DNA of 64,000 bases, taken from positions 24,815 through 88,814 of the forward strand of contig DASZJG010000010.1 of the NCBI GenBank assembly GCA_035948315.1, written 5' to 3'. Made by a program: the position numbers and the translations under genes. The notes under the pieces are model-generated. The model saw only the letters and a program-made list of their open reading frames with translations. It was not told the origin of the DNA and searched no databases. The stretch comes from Pseudonocardiaceae bacterium (GTDB lineage Bacteria > Actinomycetota > Actinomycetes > Mycobacteriales > Pseudonocardiaceae). The first letter of the stretch is position 1, and each line of letters begins with the position of its first letter. Positions 27,646-36,490 of this stretch are shown here, piece by piece.

Positions 27646-28812
27646 ATGACGCAGCCCACACCAGCGACAGCGACCGGCCCGCTCGCCGGCATCAGGGTGA
27701 TCGACCTCTCCACGGTCGTGATGGGTCCGTACGCCGCCCAGATCATGGGCGACCTCGGCGCCGACGTGGTCAAGATCGAGTCGCCGTCGGACACCGTCCG
27801 GGTCGGCCAGTACCGCAACACGCCGGGCATGACCCCGCTGAACCTGACCGTCAACCGCAACAAGCGCAGCGTCGCCCTCAATCTCAAGGACGAAGCCCAC
27901 CGCGAGCAGGCCCTCGCCCTGATCGACACCGCGGACGTGCTGATCACCAACATGCGCCCGGCCGCGCTCGACCGCCTCGGCCTGAGCTACGACGACATCA
28001 AGGCCCGCAACCCCAAGCTCGTCTACGCGCACGCCCAGGGCTTCCGCAGCGACTCCGCGCAGAAGGGGAACGCCGCCTACGACGAGACCGTGCAGGCCGC
28101 GTCCGGCCTGGTCGACATAGCGAACCGGGCGCTCGGCAAGCCGGTGTACCTGCCGACCATCCTCGGCGACAAGGTGTCCTCGCTGACCATCGCCTACTCG
28201 GTGCTGGCCGCCCTGCTGCACCAGCAGCGGACCGGCGAAGGCCAGTACATCGAGATCCCGATGACCGACACGCTGATCGCGTTCAACCTGGTCGAGCACC
28301 TCTCCGGCCACGTATACGAGCCGCCGCGGGGTCACACCGGGTTCCCACTGTCGATGTTGGAGGGTCACCGCGCTGTGCCCACAAAGGACGGTCTGGCCTG
28401 CGTGATCCCCTACAACCCGGAGAACTTCCGCGACTTCTTCGCCGCCGCGGGCCGCCCCGACCTGGTCCAGGACCCGCGCGTCAACGGCAAGTCGATCGCC
28501 ACCGAGGACACCGACGCCCTGTCCCTGCTCATCGAGGAATGCGCGCCGGCCCTCAGCACGGCCGAATGGACCGAGGTCTGCGCCAAGCACAGCATTCCGA
28601 TGGCCCCCGTGCTCGAACTCGACAAGGCGGGCGAGGACCCCTACATCCGCGAAGGCCACCTGCTCGACGTCGTCGACCACCCCTCCGAGGGCCAGATCCG
28701 CTCGATCGGCATCCCGGTCCGCTTCTCCGCGACGCCCGCCTCGATCCGCCGCCAGGCTCCGCTGCCGGGCGCCGACACCGAAGCCGTCCTCGCCGAACTG
28801 AACCGGAGCTGA
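27646..28812 (+). CDS. Class III CoA-transferase (CaiB/BaiF)
   Basis: PLAGIRVIDLSTVVMGP, GADVVKIES, NRNKRSVALNLK, NMRPAALDRLGL. Confidence 0.9.
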   Translation: MTQPTPATATGPLAGIRVIDLSTVVMGPYAAQIMGDLGADVVKIESPSDTVRVGQYRNTPGMTPLNLTVNRNKRSVALNLKDEAHREQALALIDTADVLITNMRPAALDRLGLSYDDIKARNPKLVYAHAQGFRSDSAQKGNAAYDETVQAASGLVDIANRALGKPVYLPTILGDKVSSLTIAYSVLAALLHQQRTGEGQYIEIPMTDTLIAFNLVEHLSGHVYEPPRGHTGFPLSMLEGHRAVPTKDGLACVIPYNPENFRDFFAAAGRPDLVQDPRVNGKSIATEDTDALSLLIEECAPALSTAEWTEVCAKHSIPMAPVLELDKAGEDPYIREGHLLDVVDHPSEGQIRSIGIPVRFSATPASIRRQAPLPGADTEAVLAELNRS

Positions 28813-28814
28813 CC

Positions 28815-29561
28815 ATGCAACCCACCGAAGTGCTCACCCACGTCACCACCCCGCTGGTCAACCCAGCGTTCGCGCCGGTCGTCCCGAGGTTCACCGACCG
28901 CGAGTACCTCAACATCGTCTACCGCACCGACCCCGAGGCGCTGCGCGCCGTCGTCCCCGAACCGCTGAAGATCGACGAGCCGCTGGTCCGGTTCGAGGTC
29001 ATGCGGATGGGCGACGTGAGCGGCTACGGCCCCTACACCGAGTCCGGCCAGGCGATCCCGGTCACCTTCGACGGCGAGCGCGGCGAGTACCTGCACGCGA
29101 TGTACCTGGACAACTTCCCGGCGACGGCCTCCGGCCGCGAGGTCAGCGCCTACCCGAAGACCATCGGCGCGCCCAGGCTCTACGTCGACAACGGCGCCCT
29201 GGTCGGCACCCTCGACCACGGCTCGATCAGGGTTGCCACCGCGACCATGGGCTACAAGTACCACCAGCTCGACCACTCCGAGGCCCGCGCGCAGATCACC
29301 GTGCCGACCTTCATGCTCAAGATCACGCCCGGCTACGACGGCATGCCGCGCATCGCCGAGTTGGTCCGCACCGAGATCACCGACGTGGTCATCAAACAAG
29401 CGTGGACCGGCCCCGCCCGCCTGCAACTCTTCGAGCACGTGCTGGCTCCGCTGGCCGACCTCCCGGTCCGCGAGATCGTCTCCGCCAGCCACATCCTCAC
29501 CGACCTGACCCTGGCCCCCGTCACGCCGGTCCACGACTACCTGAACGGAGCCCGGTCATGA
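28815..29561 (+). CDS. adc: Acetoacetate decarboxylase-family protein
   Basis: RFTDREYLNIVYRTDPEAL, YTESGQAIPV, GREVSAYPK (Schiff-base Lys), ATATMGYK. Confidence 0.85.
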   Translation: MQPTEVLTHVTTPLVNPAFAPVVPRFTDREYLNIVYRTDPEALRAVVPEPLKIDEPLVRFEVMRMGDVSGYGPYTESGQAIPVTFDGERGEYLHAMYLDNFPATASGREVSAYPKTIGAPRLYVDNGALVGTLDHGSIRVATATMGYKYHQLDHSEARAQITVPTFMLKITPGYDGMPRIAELVRTEITDVVIKQAWTGPARLQLFEHVLAPLADLPVREIVSASHILTDLTLAPVTPVHDYLNGARS

Positions 29562-30490
29562 CCAACGTCAACAACGCGGCCGTCATCGGCGCCGGCACCA
29601 TCGGCCTGTCCTGGGCCGCACTGTTCGCCGGCCACGGCCTCACCGTCACGATCAGCGATCCTCGCCCCGACCTGGCCGACGCCGTCGCCGAAGCGCTCGC
29701 CGAGTTCACCCCGCACCTGGCCCAGCAGGGCCTCGACGTGACCGGCCTGGCCGACCGCGTGCACATCACCGCCGACCTTGCCGAAGCCGTCCGCGACGCC
29801 GACATCGTCCAGGAGAACGGCCCGGAGAACCTCGAGTTCAAAAAGGACCTCTTCGCCCGATTGGCCGAGCTCGCGCCTGCCAACGCGCTGCTGCTCAGCT
29901 CGTCATCGGCCATCCCCTCGACCGCCTTCGCGGGCGATGCCGCCGACCGCACCCTGATCGGCCACCCCTTCAACCCGCCGCACGTGATCCCGCTGGTCGA
30001 AGTCGTCCCCAACACCCACACCAGCGAAGACTCGATCACGCGAGCCGTCGAGTTCTACCGCTCCGTCGGCCGGGTCCCGGTCGTGGAGCGCAAGGAGATC
30101 CCCGGCTTCGTCGGCAACCGGCTGCAGAACGCGCTCAGTCGCGAAGCCATCTACCTGGTCGAGCAGGGCGTGGTCTCGCCCGCCGATCTCGACACCGTGA
30201 TGACCAACTCGCTCGGCCTGCGCTGGGCGACCGTCGGCCCGTTCCTCGGCTCACACCTCGGTGGCGGCAAGGGCGGCTACCGGCACATGGCCGAGCACAT
30301 CGGCTCCGGCATGAAGCAGATGTGGGCGGGCCTCGGCCAGCCCTCGCAGGACCCGGAATCAACGGAACAACTGATCGAAGCAGTGGAGAACGCTTACGGC
30401 ACAACCACGTACGCCGAACTAGCCGACGCGCGCGACCGCAAGCAGATCGCCATCCTGTCCGCTCTGGACAGTGTCAAGGAGGAGAACTGA
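29558..30490 (+). CDS. 3-hydroxyacyl-CoA dehydrogenase-family protein
   Basis: VIGAGTIG, VQENGPENLEFK, SSSSA, GHPFNPPH, GFVGNRLQ; ATGA coupling with adc. Confidence 0.9.
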   Translation: MTNVNNAAVIGAGTIGLSWAALFAGHGLTVTISDPRPDLADAVAEALAEFTPHLAQQGLDVTGLADRVHITADLAEAVRDADIVQENGPENLEFKKDLFARLAELAPANALLLSSSSAIPSTAFAGDAADRTLIGHPFNPPHVIPLVEVVPNTHTSEDSITRAVEFYRSVGRVPVVERKEIPGFVGNRLQNALSREAIYLVEQGVVSPADLDTVMTNSLGLRWATVGPFLGSHLGGGKGGYRHMAEHIGSGMKQMWAGLGQPSQDPESTEQLIEAVENAYGTTTYAELADARDRKQIAILSALDSVKEEN

Positions 30491-31680
30491 TGACCGCGCC
30501 CGTCGACTTCACAGAGTCAGATTTCTATGGTTACGAAAGCCTCTTGTCCGAGGAAGAGCACAAGCTGCTGCTCCGCGCCCGCGACTTCATGACCACCGAA
30601 GTCAAGCCGATCGTCAACGAATACTGGGCCAAGGGCGAATTCCCACGCGAACTGATCGGCAAGTTCCGCGAACTCGGCCTGGCCGGCGTCGCCTATGAGG
30701 GCTACGGAGACCCGCTTCCCGCCGCCAGCAACCTGCTCATCGGCACGCTGGCCATGGAGTACAGCCGCACCGACCCGTCGGTCGCCACGTTCTTCGGCGT
30801 GCACAGCGGCCTGGCCATGTACAGCATCTACGCCGGTGGCGACCAGGAGCAGCGCGACCGCTGGCTGCCCGCCATGGCCGCGATGGACAAGATCGGCGCC
30901 TTCGCCATGACCGAACCCCTCGGCGGCTCCGATGTCGCGGGCGGCATGCGCACCACCGCCAAGCGAGATGGTGACCACTGGATCCTCAACGGTGCCAAGA
31001 AGTGGATCGGCAACGCGACCTTCGCCGACCTCGTGGTCGTCTGGGCGCGCGACGTGGACGACAACGACGTCAAGGGTTTCGTCGTCGAGAAGGGCGCGCC
31101 CGGTTTCGAGCCGGTGAAGATCGAGAACAAGATCGCCTTCCGGATCGTCGAGAACGCCGAGATCACCCTCACCGACGTGCGCGTGCCCGAGTCGAACCGC
31201 TTGCAGCGCATCAACTCCTTCCGCGACGTGGCCGAGATCCTGCGCGCCACCCGAGGCGGCGTGGCCTGGCAGGCGCTCGGCGTGATGATCGGCGCCTACG
31301 AACTCGCCCTCGACTATGCCAAGCAGCGCAAGCAGTTCGGCAGGCCGATCGCCCGGTTCCAGCTCGTGCAGGACCTGCTGGTGCGCAGCCTCGGCAACAT
31401 CACGGCCAGTTGGGGCATGCTCGTCCAGCTTGCGAGGCTCCAGGACGCCGGCATCTTCCGCGACGAGCACTCGTCGCTGGCCAAGGCTTTCGTGACCGCA
31501 CGCATGCGCGAGGTGGTCGCCTGGTGCCGGGAGATCTTCGGCGGCAACGGCATCCTGCTCGACTACGACATCGCCCGATTCTTCGCGGACGCGGAAGCCA
31601 TCTACTCCTTCGAAGGCACCCGCGAGATGAACACGCTGATCGTCGGCAAGTCGATCACCGGAGAGAGCGCCTTCGTCTGA
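30490..31680 (+). CDS. Acyl-CoA dehydrogenase (glutaryl-CoA DH-like)
   Basis: FAMTEPLGGSD, WILNGAKKWIGN, RKQFGRPIARFQLVQ, IFGGNG, YSFEGT. Confidence 0.9.
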   Translation: MTAPVDFTESDFYGYESLLSEEEHKLLLRARDFMTTEVKPIVNEYWAKGEFPRELIGKFRELGLAGVAYEGYGDPLPAASNLLIGTLAMEYSRTDPSVATFFGVHSGLAMYSIYAGGDQEQRDRWLPAMAAMDKIGAFAMTEPLGGSDVAGGMRTTAKRDGDHWILNGAKKWIGNATFADLVVVWARDVDDNDVKGFVVEKGAPGFEPVKIENKIAFRIVENAEITLTDVRVPESNRLQRINSFRDVAEILRATRGGVAWQALGVMIGAYELALDYAKQRKQFGRPIARFQLVQDLLVRSLGNITASWGMLVQLARLQDAGIFRDEHSSLAKAFVTARMREVVAWCREIFGGNGILLDYDIARFFADAEAIYSFEGTREMNTLIVGKSITGESAFV

Positions 31681-31696
31681 GCCAGTCCCCGAACGT

Positions 31697-31731
31697 CAAC
31701 GAGCGCTGGATCGCTGATCCAGCGCTCGTTG
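31697..31731. terminator. Strong hairpin terminator
   Basis: 16-bp perfect inverted repeat CAACGAGCGCTGGATC-GCT-GATCCAGCGCTCGTTG. Confidence 0.75.
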
Positions 31732-31983
31732 CCCGTCTCAGCGACGACTTGCCGACAGGCCCAGGCGAAAACGACCGGCCAGGTCGTCAGCCAACGCGTC
31801 CGCGCCCCGCGACCCCGGCGCAGTTCGGCGTCCCAGAGCTCGTCCCGCGCCAGCCGATTGGCGAAGGCGCGAACATGGTCACCGTCGCCCCAGGTGGCGC
31901 GGGCGCGGTCCGGGTCGGCGAACCGGGTGCCGAGCGCCTCTCGACGGAATTCCTTGGTCGGCAAGAGAAACACCGCCTGGAAC

Positions 31984-33012
31984 TCAGGGCAGCAGCAGGT
32001 TGACGTCGCCGAACTCGTGCCAGAGATAGCCCGCCTCGATCGCCGCCGCGTAGCAGCGGCCGAGCAGGTCGGCGGGCGCGATGGCGGCGAGCATGTCCAG
32101 GTGCGACGCCTTGGGTTCGTGGAACCCGGTGAGCAGACCGTCCACGACCCGAACCCCTCGATCGGGCGTGATGATCAGTTCGGTCCAGTCGGACCGCGCG
32201 TGCGCGATGCCCGATTCGTCGGTTGCCGATTCCAGTGCGCGGACCGCGGTCGTGCCGACGCCGATGATCCGCCCGCCGGCCTGTTTCGCCTGGTTGACGA
32301 CGCGCGCGGTGACCTCGGAGACGCTGAACCACTCCGGGTAGGGCCGCTCGTGCGCCTCGGGCGACGCGACACCCGTGTGCAGCAGGATCGGCACCACCAG
32401 CACGCCGGCCGCGACCAGCCGGGTGACCACCTCGGCGGTGAACGGGCGCGCCGCGCTGGGCATCTCCGCGCTGCCGGGGATCCGCGCGAACACGGTCTGG
32501 TAGTAGGAGATCGGCCACGGCTCGCGGACGTAGCCGTAGCGGATCGGCCTGCCCTGCGCGGCGAGCAGTCGCGGCACCGAGTGGTGGCTGCCGGGGTCGA
32601 TGTCGGCGACCCACAGCCGCTCCCGCGAGTACCGCTCCAACAGCGTCAGCGCGCCCCCGCCGAGCAGCGCGAACCGCTCCCCCGGCGCGCCGCCCGCGTA
32701 CGGCTTGGTGGCCTTGTCGGTGTTGCCGCGCAGCTCGATCAGCCAGCGGCCGTCCCGCTGCTCGGTGGAGAAGTGCGCGGTCAGTGGACGCGCCGCGATC
32801 GGCACGGCGGCGGGCAGGGTGCCGGAGGTGTTGACCACCAGCACGTCGCCGGGCCGCAGCAGGTCGGGCAGCTCGGTGAACCGGTGGTGGCTCACCTCGC
32901 CGGCGCCTGCCGCGCCGACCAGCAGCCGAACGCCGTCCCGGCGCTGGCCACGTGCCTCGGGCGGCTCGTGCGCCTCCAGGTTCTTGGGCAGGTTGAACTC
33001 CAGGACACTCAT
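31984..33012 (-). CDS. queA: QueA-family SAM:tRNA ribosyltransferase-isomerase-like protein
   Basis: GDVLVVNTSGTLPA, YQTVFA...GSAEMPSAARPFT, LHTGV, VGTTAVRALES, LLTGFHEP, YLWHEFGD. Confidence 0.85.
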   Translation of the reverse strand: MSVLEFNLPKNLEAHEPPEARGQRRDGVRLLVGAAGAGEVSHHRFTELPDLLRPGDVLVVNTSGTLPAAVPIAARPLTAHFSTEQRDGRWLIELRGNTDKATKPYAGGAPGERFALLGGGALTLLERYSRERLWVADIDPGSHHSVPRLLAAQGRPIRYGYVREPWPISYYQTVFARIPGSAEMPSAARPFTAEVVTRLVAAGVLVVPILLHTGVASPEAHERPYPEWFSVSEVTARVVNQAKQAGGRIIGVGTTAVRALESATDESGIAHARSDWTELIITPDRGVRVVDGLLTGFHEPKASHLDMLAAIAPADLLGRCYAAAIEAGYLWHEFGDVNLLLP

Positions 33013-33377
33013 CGCGGTTCCCCCTCGGCTTCGCTGAAGACCATGACCTCGGCGCCCGCCGGGCCGCCGACCTCGAAGCCGTAGTGGCCGCGCGGATAGC
33101 GGTGCGGCCCCATCCGCACCTCGGCGCCGGCCCGCCAGCCCGCGAACATGCGGTCGACGTCCTCGGCCCGGCCGACCTGGAACGCGGCCGGCCCGGCGCG
33201 GGCGACCGGCGCGGACACGAGTTCGACGTAGGCGCTGCCGGCGGCGAGCACGACGCCGCGCTCACCGTCCCGGTCCCATCCGTCGACAATGGACAGTTCA
33301 AGACGCTTGGTGTAGTAGCGGATGGCCGCGTCGACGTCGGCGACCTCGAACGGCAGCCAGAGCGCGTGCGGGGCCAT
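33009..33377 (-). CDS. VOC/glyoxalase-family protein
   Basis: VADVDAAIRYY, YVELV, YPRGHYGFEVGGPAG; translationally coupled to queA. Confidence 0.75.
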   Translation of the reverse strand: MAPHALWLPFEVADVDAAIRYYTKRLELSIVDGWDRDGERGVVLAAGSAYVELVSAPVARAGPAAFQVGRAEDVDRMFAGWRAGAEVRMGPHRYPRGHYGFEVGGPAGAEVMVFSEAEGEPR

Positions 33378-34066
33378 CAGCCCGCCCCCTGGGCAACATC
33401 GGCGAGCCGGATCCGGCCGGACGCCGGGCGTGCGTCGAGCAGTCGTAGGAAGGCCGGGACCACGGTCTCCGGCAGCGGGCGATCGCTGATGTCCTCGCCG
33501 GGGAAAGCCTCCTGGTGCATGCGGGTGCGCAGGTCACCGGGGTCGACGGTCCAGATCCGGACCAGTTCCTCCTCGGCGCCGAGCACCCGGCCGAACGCCT
33601 CGACCGCGGCCTTGGCCGAGCCGTACCCGCCCCAGCCCTCGTACGCCTCGACCGCCGCGTCCGAGCTGACGTTGACCAGGGCGCCGCCGGTGGAACGCAG
33701 TAGCGGCAGGGCGCGCTGGGCGAGCGCGAGCGGGGCGAGCACGTTCACCTCGTAGACCTCGCGCAGCGCATCCAGCGGATAGTCGGCGAGCATCGGCTGC
33801 GGGCTCGGGCCGAGCACGCCCGCGTTGTTGACCAGCAGGTCCAGCCTGCCCAGCTCGCACGCGGTGTCCACCAGGTCGGCCCGGTGCACCCGGTCGGTGA
33901 CGTCACCGGGCAGCGCCACGACGTAGCCCGGCAGCCGGGCCGTCGCCTCGGCGAGCGTGGCCCGGTCGCGGCCGTCGATGACCAGCTGCCAGCCCGCCTT
34001 GGACAGCCCTTCGGCCAGGGCCAGGCCGAGTCCTCGGGAGCCGCCGGTGATGATCGCGACAGACAT
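33377..34066 (-). CDS. Short-chain dehydrogenase/reductase
   Basis: TGGSRGLG, LLVNNAG, NVSS, YGSAK. Confidence 0.9.
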   Translation of the reverse strand: MSVAIITGGSRGLGLALAEGLSKAGWQLVIDGRDRATLAEATARLPGYVVALPGDVTDRVHRADLVDTACELGRLDLLVNNAGVLGPSPQPMLADYPLDALREVYEVNVLAPLALAQRALPLLRSTGGALVNVSSDAAVEAYEGWGGYGSAKAAVEAFGRVLGAEEELVRIWTVDPGDLRTRMHQEAFPGEDISDRPLPETVVPAFLRLLDARPASGRIRLADVAQGAG

Positions 34067-34219
34067 GTGCCACACCTCCAGGTGATGGTGATCCGATGGG
34101 TCCGACGGTAGGTTCGCCGCGGCGCGCCGCCATCGGGCGCGGGACCGCGATGGCCTCGGTCTTTGGTCCTAGGTCGGCCGTCCGATGTCGAATCGCGCCG
34201 GACTGGGTACCGTGCGGGT

Positions 34220-35389
34220 ATGGCGGCCGCGGATGGGATCGAGGCGGGCTCGCCGGCCGCCAACGGCCGGCCTGCCGCGTCGTTGCGCGAGGTCAGCGCG
34301 GCGGTCCTGGCGGTCACCGCGCACCTGACCGTGCGCGAGGTGTTGCAGACGATCCTCACCTCGGCCCGCAGCCTGCTCAACGCTCGCTACGCGGCGCTGG
34401 GCGTGCCGGACGACAACGGCTCGTTCGGCGAGTTCCTCGCCGATGGCATCCCTGATGAACAGTGGGCCGCGATCGGCCCGGTACCGCGCCAGCACGGGCT
34501 GCTCGGTGTGCTGCTGCGCGACCCGAACCCGGTGCGGCTGGCCGACATCAGGCAGCATCCGCAGTTCGGCTGGTGGCCCTCGGCCCATCCGGTGCTGACC
34601 GACTTCCTCGGCATGCCGATCACCGACGGCGAGGAGATCCTCGGCGAACTGTTCCTGGCCAACAAGTGCGAGCCGGGCGGCTTCACCGAGGCGGACGAGG
34701 AACTGCTGAAGTTGCTCGCCGGGCACGCGGCCATCGCACTGGTCAACGCGCGGCTCTACGAGCGCAGCCGCGAACTGTCCATTGTGGAAGAACGCAATCG
34801 GATAGCCCGCGAGCTGCACGATTCGGTGGCGCAGAAGCTGTTCAGCCTCCGGCTGACCGCGGAGTCCGCGACCACTCTCCTGGCGAGCGATCAGGCAAGG
34901 GCGGCAACGGAACTGGCGAACCTCAGCGAGCTTGCCGGCGAGGTCGCCGACGAGCTGCGCGCCATCGTGGTCGGCCTGCGCCCGGTCGATCTGGCCGGCG
35001 ACGGGCTGCACATCGCGCTGCGCAAGCAGATCGACCTGCTGGACCGGGTGCACGACGCGCAGGTGCGGCTGCGCACCGACGAATCGGCGTGCGGCCTGAC
35101 CGCCGCGCGGCAGGAAGCCGCCTACCGGATCGCGCAGGAGGCCATGCACAACGCGCTGCGGCACGCGGACGCGAAGCAGATCGACATCTCGCTGCGCGAG
35201 GAGGGCGACCTGGTCGTGCTGGAGGTCGCCGACGACGGGCAGGGGTTCGACGTGTCGCGCGGGGAACAGAGCGCGCACCGGCTGGGCATCGGCTCCATGC
35301 GCGAGCGGGCTCGCTCGGTCGGCGGCCGGTTGACCGTCTCCTCCGCGCCGGGGCGCGGCACCACGGTCCGGTTGGAGATGCCGTCATGA
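34220..35389 (+). CDS. GAF-domain sensor histidine kinase (HisKA_3)
   Basis: GAF domain; ERNRIARELHDSVAQ; EAMHNALRHA; DDGQGF; GIGSMRERA. Confidence 0.9.
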   Translation: MAAADGIEAGSPAANGRPAASLREVSAAVLAVTAHLTVREVLQTILTSARSLLNARYAALGVPDDNGSFGEFLADGIPDEQWAAIGPVPRQHGLLGVLLRDPNPVRLADIRQHPQFGWWPSAHPVLTDFLGMPITDGEEILGELFLANKCEPGGFTEADEELLKLLAGHAAIALVNARLYERSRELSIVEERNRIARELHDSVAQKLFSLRLTAESATTLLASDQARAATELANLSELAGEVADELRAIVVGLRPVDLAGDGLHIALRKQIDLLDRVHDAQVRLRTDESACGLTAARQEAAYRIAQEAMHNALRHADAKQIDISLREEGDLVVLEVADDGQGFDVSRGEQSAHRLGIGSMRERARSVGGRLTVSSAPGRGTTVRLEMPS

Positions 35390-36027
35390 CCGAGCCCGCA
35401 GCGAAGATCCGGGTGCTCGTGGTCGACGACCATCCGGTCGTACGCCAGGGCCTGCGCACCTTCCTGGACCTGCAACCGGACCTGGCCGTGGTCGGCGAGG
35501 CCGAGGACGGCAAGGGCTGCGTCGAACAGGCCGACTTGCTGTGCCCGGACGTGATCCTGCTCGACCTGCGCATGCCCGGTTCGGACGGCCTCGACGCGCT
35601 GCGCGAGCTGCGGCAGCGGCACAATCCCGCGCGGGTGCTGGTGGTCACCAGCTTCACCGAGCCGACCGCGGTGCTGCCCGCGGTGCGCGCCGGCGCGCAG
35701 GGCTTCGTCTACAAGGACGTGCACCCGAGCGGCCTTGCCGCGGCCATCCGCGCGGTGCACGCCGGACACGTGCTGCTCAGCCCGGACGTGGCCGCGCTGC
35801 TCACCGACGGCGACGCCCGGCCCTCGGCTGTCGCGTTGACGGTACGCGAACGCGAAGTCCTCGCCGAACTGGCCAACGGCCGGTCCAACCGCGAGATCGC
35901 GCGGCTTTTCGCGGTGTCGGAGAAGACGGTCAAGACACACGTCAGCGCGATCCTGGCCAAACTCGGTGTGCAGGACCGCACTCAGGCCGCGTTGCGCGCC
36001 GTCCGCACCGGACTCGTTGATCCGTAA
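35386..36027 (+). CDS. LuxR/NarL response regulator
   Basis: RVLVVDDH, DVILLDLRMP, LTVREREVL...GRSNREIA...SEKTVKTH. Confidence 0.9.
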   Translation: MTEPAAKIRVLVVDDHPVVRQGLRTFLDLQPDLAVVGEAEDGKGCVEQADLLCPDVILLDLRMPGSDGLDALRELRQRHNPARVLVVTSFTEPTAVLPAVRAGAQGFVYKDVHPSGLAAAIRAVHAGHVLLSPDVAALLTDGDARPSAVALTVREREVLAELANGRSNREIARLFAVSEKTVKTHVSAILAKLGVQDRTQAALRAVRTGLVDP

Positions 36028-36067
36028 CGCTTGCACCTCACCCGACGTGAGGATGCACAGTCGTGGC

Positions 36068-36490
36068 ATGAGCAAACCGATCCACGATCACCTGGACATC
36101 GCCGAGCAGCGCTGGGGCGGCACGCCCCAGTGGCAGCAGGTGCGCGAACGCACCGCGACCTACGACGAGAACGACTGGCGGGCCTTTCGCGAGGAGATCT
36201 CCGCGACCCACCTGAAGGTGCTGGCGGCCATGCGCGCCGGCATTCCGCCGACCGATCCGGCCGTCATGGACCTCGCCGAGGAGCACCGGGCGCACGTGTC
36301 GCGCTGGCAGTACGACTGCGACCACGAGACCCACCGCAAGCTCGCCGAGATCTACCTGACCGACAACCGGATGGCGCGCGGCTACGAGGACATGGCGCCC
36401 GGCCTGACGCGGTACCTGCACGACGCGATGGTCGCCAACTACGACCGCTGGCTGGCCGACTCGGCCGCGGCAGGCTTCTGGGTCAGCTGA
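36068..36490 (+). CDS. Stand-alone TipAS antibiotic-recognition domain protein
   Basis: EQRWGGTPQWQQ, AEEHRAHVSRWQYDC, LAEIYLTD.R...Y...PGLTRYLHDAM match the TipA C-terminal domain; no MerR HTH. Confidence 0.8.
   Translation: MSKPIHDHLDIAEQRWGGTPQWQQVRERTATYDENDWRAFREEISATHLKVLAAMRAGIPPTDPAVMDLAEEHRAHVSRWQYDCDHETHRKLAEIYLTDNRMARGYEDMAPGLTRYLHDAMVANYDRWLADSAAAGFWVS

Noticed and set aside
27615-29561. 648-aa ORF suggesting a long Adc fusion
   Set aside because: The N-terminal 400 aa are an off-frame overlap of the CoA-transferase; Adc starts at 28815.
34462-36027. Apparent kinase-regulator hybrid ORF
   Set aside because: Off-frame read-through; the response regulator starts at 35386, overlapping the kinase stop.
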